NCBI GenBank assembly: GCA_965221425.1
Contig: OZ244889.1
Span: 2,843,854 to 2,907,853 of the forward strand
Direction of reading: 5' to 3'
Length of the DNA: 64,000 bases
Source: Candidatus Poribacteria bacterium
Lineage (GTDB): Bacteria > Poribacteria > WGA-4E > WGA-3G
The translations under genes and the position numbers were made by a program. Positions 1 to 7,756 of this stretch are shown here, piece by piece; positions within the stretch are counted from its first letter, which is position 1; every line of letters starts with the position of its first letter. Under the pieces are notes generated by a model. It saw nothing but the letters and a program-made list of their open reading frames with translations, was not told the DNA's origin and did no database searches.

Positions 1-825
1 CGAGCGATTATCAATACTCGTGACGAACCGCTTAGCGACTATACGAAATATCGCAGACTCCATCTCCTTGTCGGAGACTCTAACATGTCGGAGTATGCGA
101 CTGCCCTGAAGGTCGGAACAACTGCACTTATCCTTGATGCTATTGAGCGGCACTACGAAATTCATGGCGTAAAACTTCCGATCCCGAACCTTGACCTTGC
201 AGACCCTATCGCGACTATCAGACATATCTCAAGAGACACTTCTTTTAAATGGGAGGTGAATTTGCAGAACGGTAGCACTGTTTCTGCCATTGACATTCAA
301 CGTGAATACCTCAATTTTGTGCAGAACGTGTTAACGGAACTTGATGAAACTGCCAAGTGGGTCCTCACAGAATGGGAAACTGTACTGAACGACCTTGAAG
401 CAGATTGGACACGCCTCACAACGCGACTTGATTGGGCAGCGAAAAAGTGGTTTCTTGATGCCTTAATCGCCGAAGAGGCATTGAGTTGGGATGACCCATG
501 GCTCAAAAGTCTTGATTTAGAGTATCATAATATTGATCATGAAAACGGCATCTTTTACGCGCTGCAAAGCGAAGGATGTATGAGACGGGTCATTACAGAT
601 CAGCAAATTAGCCATGCCATCAGCAACGCACCTATTGACACGCGTGCAAGGGTGCGCGGATACCTTATGCGAAACCTAAAAAAACAGAAAATGCCGTGTA
701 TTGTTGACTGGCACCATATTTATGCGGGGCAAACCGAATGTTTTGAGATGAAAGAACCCCTTGACACAAGTATACCTAAAGCACAAAAATGGCTCCAAAT
801 CCTTAAACTTCGGCAGAGAATGTAA
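1..825 (+). CDS. Pup ligase/deamidase family protein (PafA/Dop-like), 3' part; the 5' end lies outside the window
   Basis: Frame 1 is open from nt 1 (RAIINTRDEPLSDYTKYRRLHLLVGDSNMSEYAT...), so the listed ORF 85..825 is only the tail of a longer gene. The NTRDEP...RRLH..GD.N block and the helical C-terminal domain (LDWAAKKW...) match what I recall of PafA/Dop carboxylate-amine ligases. This fragment cannot separate PafA from Dop. Confidence 0.7.
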   Translation, partial: RAIINTRDEPLSDYTKYRRLHLLVGDSNMSEYATALKVGTTALILDAIERHYEIHGVKLPIPNLDLADPIATIRHISRDTSFKWEVNLQNGSTVSAIDIQREYLNFVQNVLTELDETAKWVLTEWETVLNDLEADWTRLTTRLDWAAKKWFLDALIAEEALSWDDPWLKSLDLEYHNIDHENGIFYALQSEGCMRRVITDQQISHAISNAPIDTRARVRGYLMRNLKKQKMPCIVDWHHIYAGQTECFEMKEPLDTSIPKAQKWLQILKLRQRM

Positions 826-863
826 ACAATCTTGACAACAAAATGATGAGGTTATAGATTTCA

Positions 864-1796
864 ATGAAGCGGATAAAAATTCCCGGAGTTGACCAAGAAA
901 TTTCACAACTGATTCTGGGAACTATGATGTATTCACCTGCCAGTTTCGACCACAGCACCGAAATGCTTGACACATTCTTTGAAGCAGGTGGAAATGCTTT
1001 GGACACTGCACATATCTATGGCGGCGGGAATAGTGAAAAGTTAATTGGGCTTTGGATGAAGGAACGTGGCAATCGGGACAAGGTGTTTCTAATAGATAAA
1101 GGGGGACACCCACAAGGGGGGGTGCCACGCCGTGTTTCCCCAGAGTACGTTAAACAGGACCTTGATGAAAACCTTGACCGTCTCCAGACCAATTATATTG
1201 ATCTTTATATGCTCCATAGAGACGATGTAGAAATTCCGGTTAGCACGATAATTGATTATTTGAATGAGGAGATAACTGCCGGACGTATCCGAGCTATTGC
1301 CGCTTCTAATTGGGAACCTCAGCGCATTATTGCGGCAAATACGTACGCCGAAGAAAACGGGTTAAGCGGTTTTGTTGCTTGTAGCAATAACATTAGTCTT
1401 GCAGTACCAATGGAACCGATGTGGGGTGGTTGTGTTTGTGTTGATGATGATGCACGCCGTTGGCATGTAGAGAGTCAATTCCCGTTAATGCCGTGGTCAT
1501 CTCAAGCGCGGGGTTTCTTTAGTGGTGCTTTTACTCCTGAAAACCGAGACAATGGAGATATGGTACGTGTCTATTACAACGATGATAACTTTGAAAGGCT
1601 TGCACGTGCCAAACAATTAGGGAAACAATACGGCTTTTCCGCGATTCAGGTCTCGCTTGCATACTGTGTTAATCTGCCCTTCCCAATTTTTCCGATTGTT
1701 GGTCCGGCTAACTTAGAAGAGATAGCATCTTCCTTGGGCGCATTGAAACTTCAACTCTCTGAGGATGAAATGGCCTGGCTAAACCTTGAAACATAA
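864..1796 (+). CDS. aldo/keto reductase family oxidoreductase
   Basis: 310 aa. The N-terminus (LGTM...GGNALDTAHIYGGGNSEKLIG), the LDRLQTNYIDLYMLHRDD block and the C-terminal VGP.NLEE segment are typical of the AKR fold. Confidence 0.85.
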   Translation: MKRIKIPGVDQEISQLILGTMMYSPASFDHSTEMLDTFFEAGGNALDTAHIYGGGNSEKLIGLWMKERGNRDKVFLIDKGGHPQGGVPRRVSPEYVKQDLDENLDRLQTNYIDLYMLHRDDVEIPVSTIIDYLNEEITAGRIRAIAASNWEPQRIIAANTYAEENGLSGFVACSNNISLAVPMEPMWGGCVCVDDDARRWHVESQFPLMPWSSQARGFFSGAFTPENRDNGDMVRVYYNDDNFERLARAKQLGKQYGFSAIQVSLAYCVNLPFPIFPIVGPANLEEIASSLGALKLQLSEDEMAWLNLET

Positions 1797-1877
1797 TAAA
1801 ATAGACATACATCCGGCGAATGCCATACAAGTAATCGTTGTTGATTTTGCATGCTGCTATAGTAAAACCTATAATTA

Positions 1878-1949
1878 ACGTGAGTTTGATAAAAACCTAT
1901 TGTAGCGCAAACTTTATTGTCTCATTGGCACAAACTAAAAGTTTGTTGC
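1878..1949. repeat. GCACAAACT/AGTTTGTGC palindrome module
   Basis: ACGTGAGTTTGATAAAAACCTATTGTAGCGCAAACTTT...GGCACAAACTAAAAGTTTGTTGC. This is the reverse complement of the module at 54179-54262. Confidence 0.7.
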
Positions 1950-2037
1950 TCAACTACTTTTATCCGTTATGTTCCAAAACAGGTTTATCAAAATGTCCCA
2001 ATACTTTCAAAGTTCACTATAAATAGGAGGGAATTAT

Positions 2038-2130
2038 ATGAAAACGCAAATTTTTAAAGCAATACTTACCTTTCAGTTTCTTTTACTTCTTTTGAGTATT
2101 ATAGGCAGTGCTTTTGCGCAAGAAAGCTGA
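2038..2130 (+). other. orphan Sec-type signal-peptide mini-ORF, in frame with the downstream barrel gene but cut off by TGA
   Basis: AGGAGG lies 7 nt upstream of the ATG at 2038. The translation is MKTQIFKAILTFQFLLLLLSIIGSAFAQES followed by a stop, i.e. an n-h-c signal peptide with an AFA-Q cleavage site. TGA occurs at 2128-2130 and again at 2137-2139, in the same frame as ORF 2167..3147. Confidence 0.5.
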
Positions 2131-2166
2131 GGCGCGTGAAGCAATCCCGCAATCCCACGTGGTGGG

Positions 2167-3147
2167 ATGGGTGAAGTCAGTTTGGCTTCAGAATCTAAAA
2201 AATTTCAAGTTTCTTTCAGCACGATGCGATGGTTTGATGCGCAAGGCGGGCACTTTGAAGATGAAGGAGTTTTTATTGATTCAAACGGAAACCGAAAAAT
2301 AGACGCAGTTCCACAACACCGACATCATGTTACTTTAAATGTATATCGCGTTGATGTAGGGTTAAAATATCAACTCGGACCTCAATGGTCTTTGGAAGCT
2401 AATCTCCCTTATGAATCCAAAGTTCAAGAAGCAAGTATTGAGAAGCTTGATGGTATTAAATATACCGAAGTGCAATGGGATGCAATTGCAGAAAATGGGC
2501 GTATTCATCATCGTAACGACACCTACACCGGTTTTACAGATTCAGAAGTTTTTCTTGGGCATTATAGACTGGGTGTCTTCACAGAGGGTGATTTTTTAAT
2601 GGGGCGTATCGGAACGTCAATTCCATTTGGGAAAACTGAGGAGGACCCGTGGGTACTTGGGGCTGCTGGTCTTGAGCATCTACATCTCCAATTTGGAACT
2701 GGGACGTTTAACCCTATAATTGATCTGCATTACAATCTGCCTATATACAAAGGGTTTGCAACGCGTACCAATCTCCGCGCAAAATTACCTTTCTACGAGA
2801 ACAGTAAGACCTATCGTGGTTCCAGAGAACTTACATACGCTGCGGGGTTGAACTATCGTCTGAATAAATGGTTTTCTTTCCAAGCAGGCTACCTTGGAAT
2901 TTATCAATCCTATGCGTATTGGGATGGAGAAATAGACAAAAATACGGGGCTTCTTTTCGGTCTGGCATCACTCGGTACATCTATTAGAACGCCATTCAAT
3001 GTTCCGTTATCCGTTACGCTGATGCTCCCACTGCATCAAAAAACACTTTATGATGACAGCGAGACTTTGGCTGATAGCAAATATGAAGAGAGCGATGCGT
3101 TTGAATTTGGTCCGCTTGTCTCCTTAACGGTTTTATATTCATTTTAG
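2167..3147 (+). CDS. putative outer-membrane beta-barrel protein (possibly MetA-pathway/'transporter'-type barrel); probably the disrupted 3' body of a gene starting at 2038
   Basis: 326 aa with alternating amphipathic strands, frequent aromatic/Gly strand ends and a C-terminal ...VLYSF. It has no signal peptide of its own, but one is encoded in frame just upstream. Confidence 0.5.
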   Translation: MGEVSLASESKKFQVSFSTMRWFDAQGGHFEDEGVFIDSNGNRKIDAVPQHRHHVTLNVYRVDVGLKYQLGPQWSLEANLPYESKVQEASIEKLDGIKYTEVQWDAIAENGRIHHRNDTYTGFTDSEVFLGHYRLGVFTEGDFLMGRIGTSIPFGKTEEDPWVLGAAGLEHLHLQFGTGTFNPIIDLHYNLPIYKGFATRTNLRAKLPFYENSKTYRGSRELTYAAGLNYRLNKWFSFQAGYLGIYQSYAYWDGEIDKNTGLLFGLASLGTSIRTPFNVPLSVTLMLPLHQKTLYDDSETLADSKYEESDAFEFGPLVSLTVLYSF

Positions 3148-3198
3148 GCTTTCACAGCAATAACTAACAAAAGCACAAGAGGGTTTTAGAAAAAATAA

Positions 3199-3633
3199 AT
3201 GATAGCACACAGCAGAGGAGTCCAAATCTTCCAGGGCATAATTAGTATTATCTTAGGTGTTGTTAGCATCTTATTGGCTATCGTGTTACGACAATCCACA
3301 TATCCAACCATGACTCTCACCGCTTTTTTTCTAATTGGCTTGACTCTCATTTTTTCTGGTGATTACCTCATTAACCCTTTTGGTATGCCTATAGATCCCT
3401 TCAAACAACAACTTCTCAGTGAGATGTGTCTTATTGCTTACGGTGCGTTTTATGTTAATATAGGCGGATCTCAGTTGTTACAACCCCTCACAAAGTTCAA
3501 CATTGCACAGTACTTAGACCCAGTGTGGATACGACGGGGTATAAGCACTATCGGTATACTTTTAATTATTGGTGGGCTTTACGGAATTTATCAATTGCGG
3601 CACGCGGAACTACCCGAACCCCCATCAGAATAA
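3199..3633 (+). CDS. hypothetical integral membrane protein (about 4 TM helices)
   Basis: 144 aa with four hydrophobic stretches. I recognise no family motif. Confidence 0.55.
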   Translation: MIAHSRGVQIFQGIISIILGVVSILLAIVLRQSTYPTMTLTAFFLIGLTLIFSGDYLINPFGMPIDPFKQQLLSEMCLIAYGAFYVNIGGSQLLQPLTKFNIAQYLDPVWIRRGISTIGILLIIGGLYGIYQLRHAELPEPPSE

Positions 3634-3665
3634 CGAATGTTTTGTTGTGGTACGTGACGTTTCGT

Positions 3666-3783
3666 TATAGTAATATCCACAATTACCTGGACATTGGCGA
3701 GGTTTGGAAACCTCGCCAGCGAGAACGTGTCGGGCTTGCTATTCATTGAAATGTGAGCATATCATATTTTGGATTTTACTATA
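3666..3783 (+). repeat. MITE-like ~115 bp element with terminal inverted repeats, copy a
   Basis: TATAGTAATATCCACAATTACCTGG...GGCGAGGTTTGGAAACCTCGCCAGCG...ATTCATTGAAATGTGAGCA...TTTTGGATTTTACTATA. The ends TATAGT.A.ATCC and GGATTTTACTATA are reverse complements of each other. Confidence 0.75.
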
Positions 3784-3809
3784 AGTGCTTCCCAAGCAGA
3801 ACATAAGAT

Positions 3810-4115
3810 TCAGCGCGCGATAATTACTGCATAGCGCAGTGGTGTCTTCCCTACGTTTCGTATACCGTGTAACACTTGGCAATCAACATGCACGGCTTCG
3901 TTGTCACGGATGCGGTGTTTGTGTTCTCCGAATAAGACTTCGCCTTCCCCAGAAAAAACATAAAAAATTTCTTGCCCATCATGTGTATGTGGTGGATGTG
4001 CGCGCTGCCCCGGTCCAACTTCGGAGATGTGTAGATGGAGTTGTTCTTGGTCTGCCCCTACTTCAAAAATGAACCGCTCAATACCTTTGATGTCAGTTCT
4101 TACTGTTTCTGCCAT
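3810..4115 (-). CDS. cupin domain protein
   Basis: 101 aa. G.RAHPPHTHDGQEIFYVFSGEGEV ... H.I.N.G is the two-motif cupin metal site. Confidence 0.8.
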   Translation of the reverse strand: MAETVRTDIKGIERFIFEVGADQEQLHLHISEVGPGQRAHPPHTHDGQEIFYVFSGEGEVLFGEHKHRIRDNEAVHVDCQVLHGIRNVGKTPLRYAVIIAR

Positions 4116-4204
4116 TGCGAACCTCCTTTCTTTTCACTATTCTACCACACCCTTTAAATCCTTTCAATCTGAAAAAGACAACAAGAATGTGTCCAGTTTT
4201 TTGC

Positions 4205-4415
4205 ATGTGTATTGTCAGAATCGAGGATGGACGCGGATTTTGTCTTTTGTACCGCAAACTTTAGTTTGCGTTTTTTGGCACAAACTGGAAAGTTTGTGCT
4301 ACATTTTTTATTGTCTGAATCGCGGAGGACACGGATTGCGCGGATGGGGTTTGACAAAATAAGTTCCTTTTCAAACGATTGGGGTATACTTTGAATAGGC
4401 GTTTGGGAGTCCCGA
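4205..4415 (+). repeat. ~210 bp composite repeat, copy 1 (direct repeat with 7425..7635)
   Basis: Collinear with copy 2 through TGTC.GAATCG.GGA...CGCGGATTTTGTCTTTTGTACC.CAAACT..TAGTTTGCGTTTT.TGGCACAAACTGGAAAGTTTGTGCTACATTTTTTATT.GTCTGAATCGCGGAGGACACGGA...CGCGGATGGGGTTTGACAAAATAAGTTCCTTTTCAA...ACTTTGAATAGG..TTTGGGAGTCCCGA. Confidence 0.85.
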
Positions 4416-4598
4416 AGTCACTAATCCGCGTTTTTCGCGAATCCGCGATTCGGAAAATTGAAGGTTGGACACAAGAGTTTATCTCAAATTGGAGGGATAG
4501 TTGGTGGGAATTTTAGCGCATTAAAATTTGTATAAGGGTTAAAATTGCCTCAATTCGGACTTTTTTCCGAAAAATATAATGAAATTTCAAATTTTTTC

Positions 4599-4627
4599 TT
4601 GACATTCGTTGCACAATAGTGTAAAGT
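4599..4627 (+). promoter_or_regulatory. sigma-70-like promoter candidate (TTGACA-17-TAAAGT), first of two tandem units
   Basis: TTGACA at 4599-4604, a 17-nt spacer, and TAAAGT at 4622-4627. The predicted start falls at the conserved GACGTAAAATTCGC segment. Confidence 0.4.
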
Positions 4628-4714
4628 TACATGTAGACGTAAAATTCGCGCTCGCGCGGATTGCGTCGGAGGTGCTTTTTAATGCACCGAATATAGACAT
4701 ATTATAAAAAATTG

Positions 4715-4743
4715 TTGATATTTTTTTCCAATTATATTATAAT
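4715..4743 (+). promoter_or_regulatory. sigma-70-like promoter candidate (TTGATA-17-TATAAT), second tandem unit
   Basis: TTGATA at 4715-4720, a 17-nt spacer, and TATAAT at 4738-4743. The predicted start falls at GACGTTAAAAAATTCGC. Confidence 0.45.
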
Positions 4744-5017
4744 ATGTGTGACGTTAAAAAATTCGCAGGGAATTATTAACGTTGAGGTGCTCTCAGTGCA
4801 CCGACAGTGTAAATCCTTACTTAACACTGCCGATGCGGAGCACTGCCAGATTAGCCCTGACAGGCTGGTTCTATTTTATCAAGACCTGATGGTAAGGTCA
4901 AGCATAACATAGGGACCAGCCCTCTATAGAAATAGATAAAACTGTACAAATACCTACCTATTTCTGTAGTCTGTCATGAACAATTAACCTACTCAATTAT
5001 AATAGAGGAGGCACAAG

Positions 5018-5266
5018 ATGAGACGAGACTACACAGTTCTTCTCACCACACTTATTGTTTTCACATTCGTGATTAGCGGTTTTTTGCTGCTTGGCACACT
5101 TGATGCTACACAGACAGAGCCGTCTGATTGTGAACCATGGTTTAAAAAGGAATGTTCACCGAAACAAGAAGGACAGCTACCCGAATGCTGTCCGAATTCA
5201 AGACCCTTGCACGCTGAACGCAGCGAAGTGAAGCGAGGGATATTCCTAATTAGGAGGATATACTAA
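5018..5266 (+). CDS. small membrane-anchored Cys-containing hypothetical protein (cassette gene 1)
   Basis: GGAGG precedes the ATG. There is one N-terminal TM helix, then CEPWFKKECSPKQEGQLPECCPN. The stop overlaps the next start as TAATG. Confidence 0.55.
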   Translation: MRRDYTVLLTTLIVFTFVISGFLLLGTLDATQTEPSDCEPWFKKECSPKQEGQLPECCPNSRPLHAERSEVKRGIFLIRRIY

Positions 5267-5946
5267 TGTCACGCAAATTATACTGGGCACTCGGTGTCCT
5301 CATAGTTTTATTCGGCACGGCGTTTGTGTTTGTGACGATACACGATCGTGCGGAAATACGGCAGCTGAAACAAGAAGCTGCGGCAGCAGAAAAGATGTGG
5401 GCAGACCATAAGAAGGCGAAACAAGCAGCACAAACGCCTATGGATTATACCAAACCGCCACCGGGCAAAACGTTTGCGAACGGTGGACACTGGCATAACG
5501 GTGAATGGCACGACGGGCCACACGGAACACCTATTGTCGTGGATGATGTGCCAAAAACCGAACCTGTGCCGATGGAAAGTGTCGTCATTGAGGGCGTTGG
5601 CGATTTGAAAGAGTGGCTGACATTCTTTGAATCGTTTCCTGATGATCTACCTTTGGAAGAATTCCAAAAATTCAGAGAAAAACATCGTCAATACTACGAT
5701 GCCACGCGGGCCTTTGATTACAAAAATGCTTCACCAGAAGTGTCAGCAATGATGCGTCGAATCAGTGAAAAAATTACTAAAGTGCAGACCAATGTTTTCG
5801 CGAAAAAAGCTGCTGTTCGTGCTGAGGCGGATGCACGTCGTGCTGAATGGGCACGTCAGAATCCGCAACCTCGAGCTCTTTTTGCAGGTTCTGAAGAAAG
5901 CACAGCTATTTTTGAAAGTTCCGCCCCCAAAGGAGGTGACGAATAA
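5266..5946 (+). CDS. membrane-anchored hypothetical protein with a His/Trp-rich segment (cassette gene 2)
   Basis: 226 aa with an N-terminal TM helix, a charged helical stretch and GGHWHNGEWHDGPHG. TAATG overlaps occur at both ends (5264-5268 and 5944-5948). Confidence 0.6.
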   Translation: MSRKLYWALGVLIVLFGTAFVFVTIHDRAEIRQLKQEAAAAEKMWADHKKAKQAAQTPMDYTKPPPGKTFANGGHWHNGEWHDGPHGTPIVVDDVPKTEPVPMESVVIEGVGDLKEWLTFFESFPDDLPLEEFQKFREKHRQYYDATRAFDYKNASPEVSAMMRRISEKITKVQTNVFAKKAAVRAEADARRAEWARQNPQPRALFAGSEESTAIFESSAPKGGDE

Positions 5947-7361
5947 TGTTATATTTCAAACGTTCACTACTCACACTGCTTGTGATCTGTGTGATTGTGC
6001 TGCCTGTATGTATTTTCACTGTTGCTGCGGACACCACACCGAATTGTAATGTTTGCACGAGTGGGTGTTCTGCGTGTCCGCCTGTTGTAGAAACCAGCGA
6101 TGGCAGAACAGTCATTCTCACCGATGTTAAACAAGCACATGATGAGTGGAACACCTACGAAGAATATTTGGATGATGCTCTTGATCAGATGCATAATCTG
6201 AAACACGAGCTTGAGGCTCTGGACAAAGCGATTGCTGGTGATAAATCGGGACTTTCGGATTTGGCTTTAAATCTTGCGATCACAGCTGCATCTGGTAAGC
6301 GTCCTGATATTGCTGCGACGCTCTTATTTGTGAAAGCCCTTCTCAAGGATATTGAGAAGGAGATCAAAACATACGATCTGAAACTTCAGCGGATCAGTAA
6401 ATATTCGGAGATAGATTCCAAGAATCAAGAAATCGCGGATAGGTATTCGGATCGTGACAAGTTTCATTCTGCGCTGTCGCAGTTGGAAGGATTTGAGCGG
6501 GATAAGCAGAACACTGGCACATTGGAATCTATGCAAGTCTCTATTCCGATGCTGGCCGCCGAATGTCCGGGTTGTAACGAATGGTGGTATGATTCGATTC
6601 ATATTGAATATTACAGTGGCGTGACCATGAATGGCAAGTATGGCACAGGCGTGCCGCTCTCTTCTATAGTTTCTAATGCGACCTCGCACCAAACGACGTG
6701 TGGGGGGTGCGGTGATCCTTACTATACGTGTCGTCCGAAGGAAATTGAAGCGCATCAGGTGTTGTATTGTCGGAAGGAAATTGTGTATGGAGGGATTTTC
6801 AACAAAGTCGTGATAAATGTGTGTGGGAATCCGTATCGGAACTGCGATGACCCGCCGAAAAAACAGATTCACTGGTGGGTCCCGATTTATGGATATAACA
6901 TAAGCTCGGAAGGGTTTTATGTTGCTTATATTTCGGGATATAGTGGCACGCCTACCAAATGCGGTAAAGGGGAAACGCAACCGCCCAATGTGTCTATTTT
7001 TGGTCCCAATGGTGTCGGTTTTCACGAGAGTGATATAGACAAAACACCGAATTGCGATCAGTGCGCAGATGGAAGTGAAGATTGTCCAGGGGCCGACACG
7101 AATCATAATAACTTTAACAATAATGGCGGGACTAACGGCAACAATGTCGGTAATACTTACACACCCGATCCGACACCTGTCCCCACGCCCGACCCTGAAC
7201 CGTCTACAGATGACGACGGTAATGATGACGACGACAGTGATGATGATGACGATCTAACGCACTGGTGCCCTTGGTGTAGTTCTTACTACGATCCAAACAA
7301 CAACAGGTATTCCACAGAATGTAGAGGTTTCACTTCTCACGACGGTTTTCCTTCGCCCTAA
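5946..7361 (+). CDS. membrane-anchored Cys-rich hypothetical protein with a coiled-coil region and an acidic tail (cassette gene 3)
   Basis: 471 aa. It has an N-terminal TM helix, and the motif TPNC..C..G...CP occurs near both ends. About 180 aa are helical/coiled-coil, followed by several CxxC pairs, a TPDPTPVPTPDPEP linker, DDDGNDDDDSDDDDD and a terminal HWCPWCSSYY. Confidence 0.6.
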   Translation: MLYFKRSLLTLLVICVIVLPVCIFTVAADTTPNCNVCTSGCSACPPVVETSDGRTVILTDVKQAHDEWNTYEEYLDDALDQMHNLKHELEALDKAIAGDKSGLSDLALNLAITAASGKRPDIAATLLFVKALLKDIEKEIKTYDLKLQRISKYSEIDSKNQEIADRYSDRDKFHSALSQLEGFERDKQNTGTLESMQVSIPMLAAECPGCNEWWYDSIHIEYYSGVTMNGKYGTGVPLSSIVSNATSHQTTCGGCGDPYYTCRPKEIEAHQVLYCRKEIVYGGIFNKVVINVCGNPYRNCDDPPKKQIHWWVPIYGYNISSEGFYVAYISGYSGTPTKCGKGETQPPNVSIFGPNGVGFHESDIDKTPNCDQCADGSEDCPGADTNHNNFNNNGGTNGNNVGNTYTPDPTPVPTPDPEPSTDDDGNDDDDSDDDDDLTHWCPWCSSYYDPNNNRYSTECRGFTSHDGFPSP

Positions 7362-7424
7362 TAGACCGTGATGTGTTCACATCACGAAACATTTCACAGG
7401 TAGGTATCCGTTTTGGGTGCCTGC

Positions 7425-7635
7425 CTTTTCTTTTGTCTGAATCGCGGAAAACGCGGATTTTGTCTTTTGTACCACAAACTTTTAGTTTGCGTTTTGTGGC
7501 ACAAACTGGAAAGTTTGTGCTACATTTTTTATTCGTCTGAATCGCGGAGGACACGGAGAACGCGGATGGGGTTTGACAAAATAAGTTCCTTTTCAAGAGA
7601 TTAAGACAAACTTTGAATAGGTATTTGGGAGTCCC
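7425..7635 (+). repeat. ~210 bp composite repeat, copy 2
   Basis: See copy 1. By eye roughly nine positions in ten are identical. Together the two copies bracket the three-gene cassette 5018-7361. Confidence 0.85.
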
Positions 7636-7640
7636 GATGA

Positions 7641-7691
7641 TGTGCGGGTTGTTGTTCATTAAAACGTGAACATATTTTCGGATTTTACTAT
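7641..7691 (+). repeat. right half of the MITE-like element
   Basis: TGCGGGTTGTTGTTCATTAAAACGTGAACATATTTTCGGATTTTACTATA, abutting composite repeat copy 2. Confidence 0.65.
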
Positions 7692-7756
7692 AAACAGTTG
7701 ATTTATTAATCAATTTATGATATAAAATCAGTAATGTCTATAAAAGGGGAGTACTT

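Noticed and set aside
2128-2139. TGA reassignment or selenocysteine as an explanation for the two in-frame TGAs.
   Set aside because: TGA clearly terminates other well-supported genes here, for example the SDR gene at 9457-9459 and higB at 38092-38094. Two Sec codons 6 nt apart in a linker is implausible, and I see no convincing SECIS-like hairpin.
4712-4912. The 66-aa ORF in the cassette leader, and small ORFs in other spacers (1838..2026, 33507..33698, 37471..37695, 43333..43593, 41224..41460).
   Set aside because: They have non-ATG or context-poor starts, lie wholly within repeat or hairpin sequence, and their composition does not look protein-like.
6324-7106. A 260-aa antisense ORF inside the Cys-rich cassette gene.
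   Set aside because: It is Arg/Ile/Phe-rich nonsense with no start context. The sense frame has translational coupling, a TM helix and structured motifs.
4205-7635. Calling the repeat-flanked cassette a transposon or integron cassette.
   Set aside because: I could recognise no transposase, integrase, attC-like site or target-site duplication. Only the flanking direct repeats support mobility, so I report it as a hypothesis.
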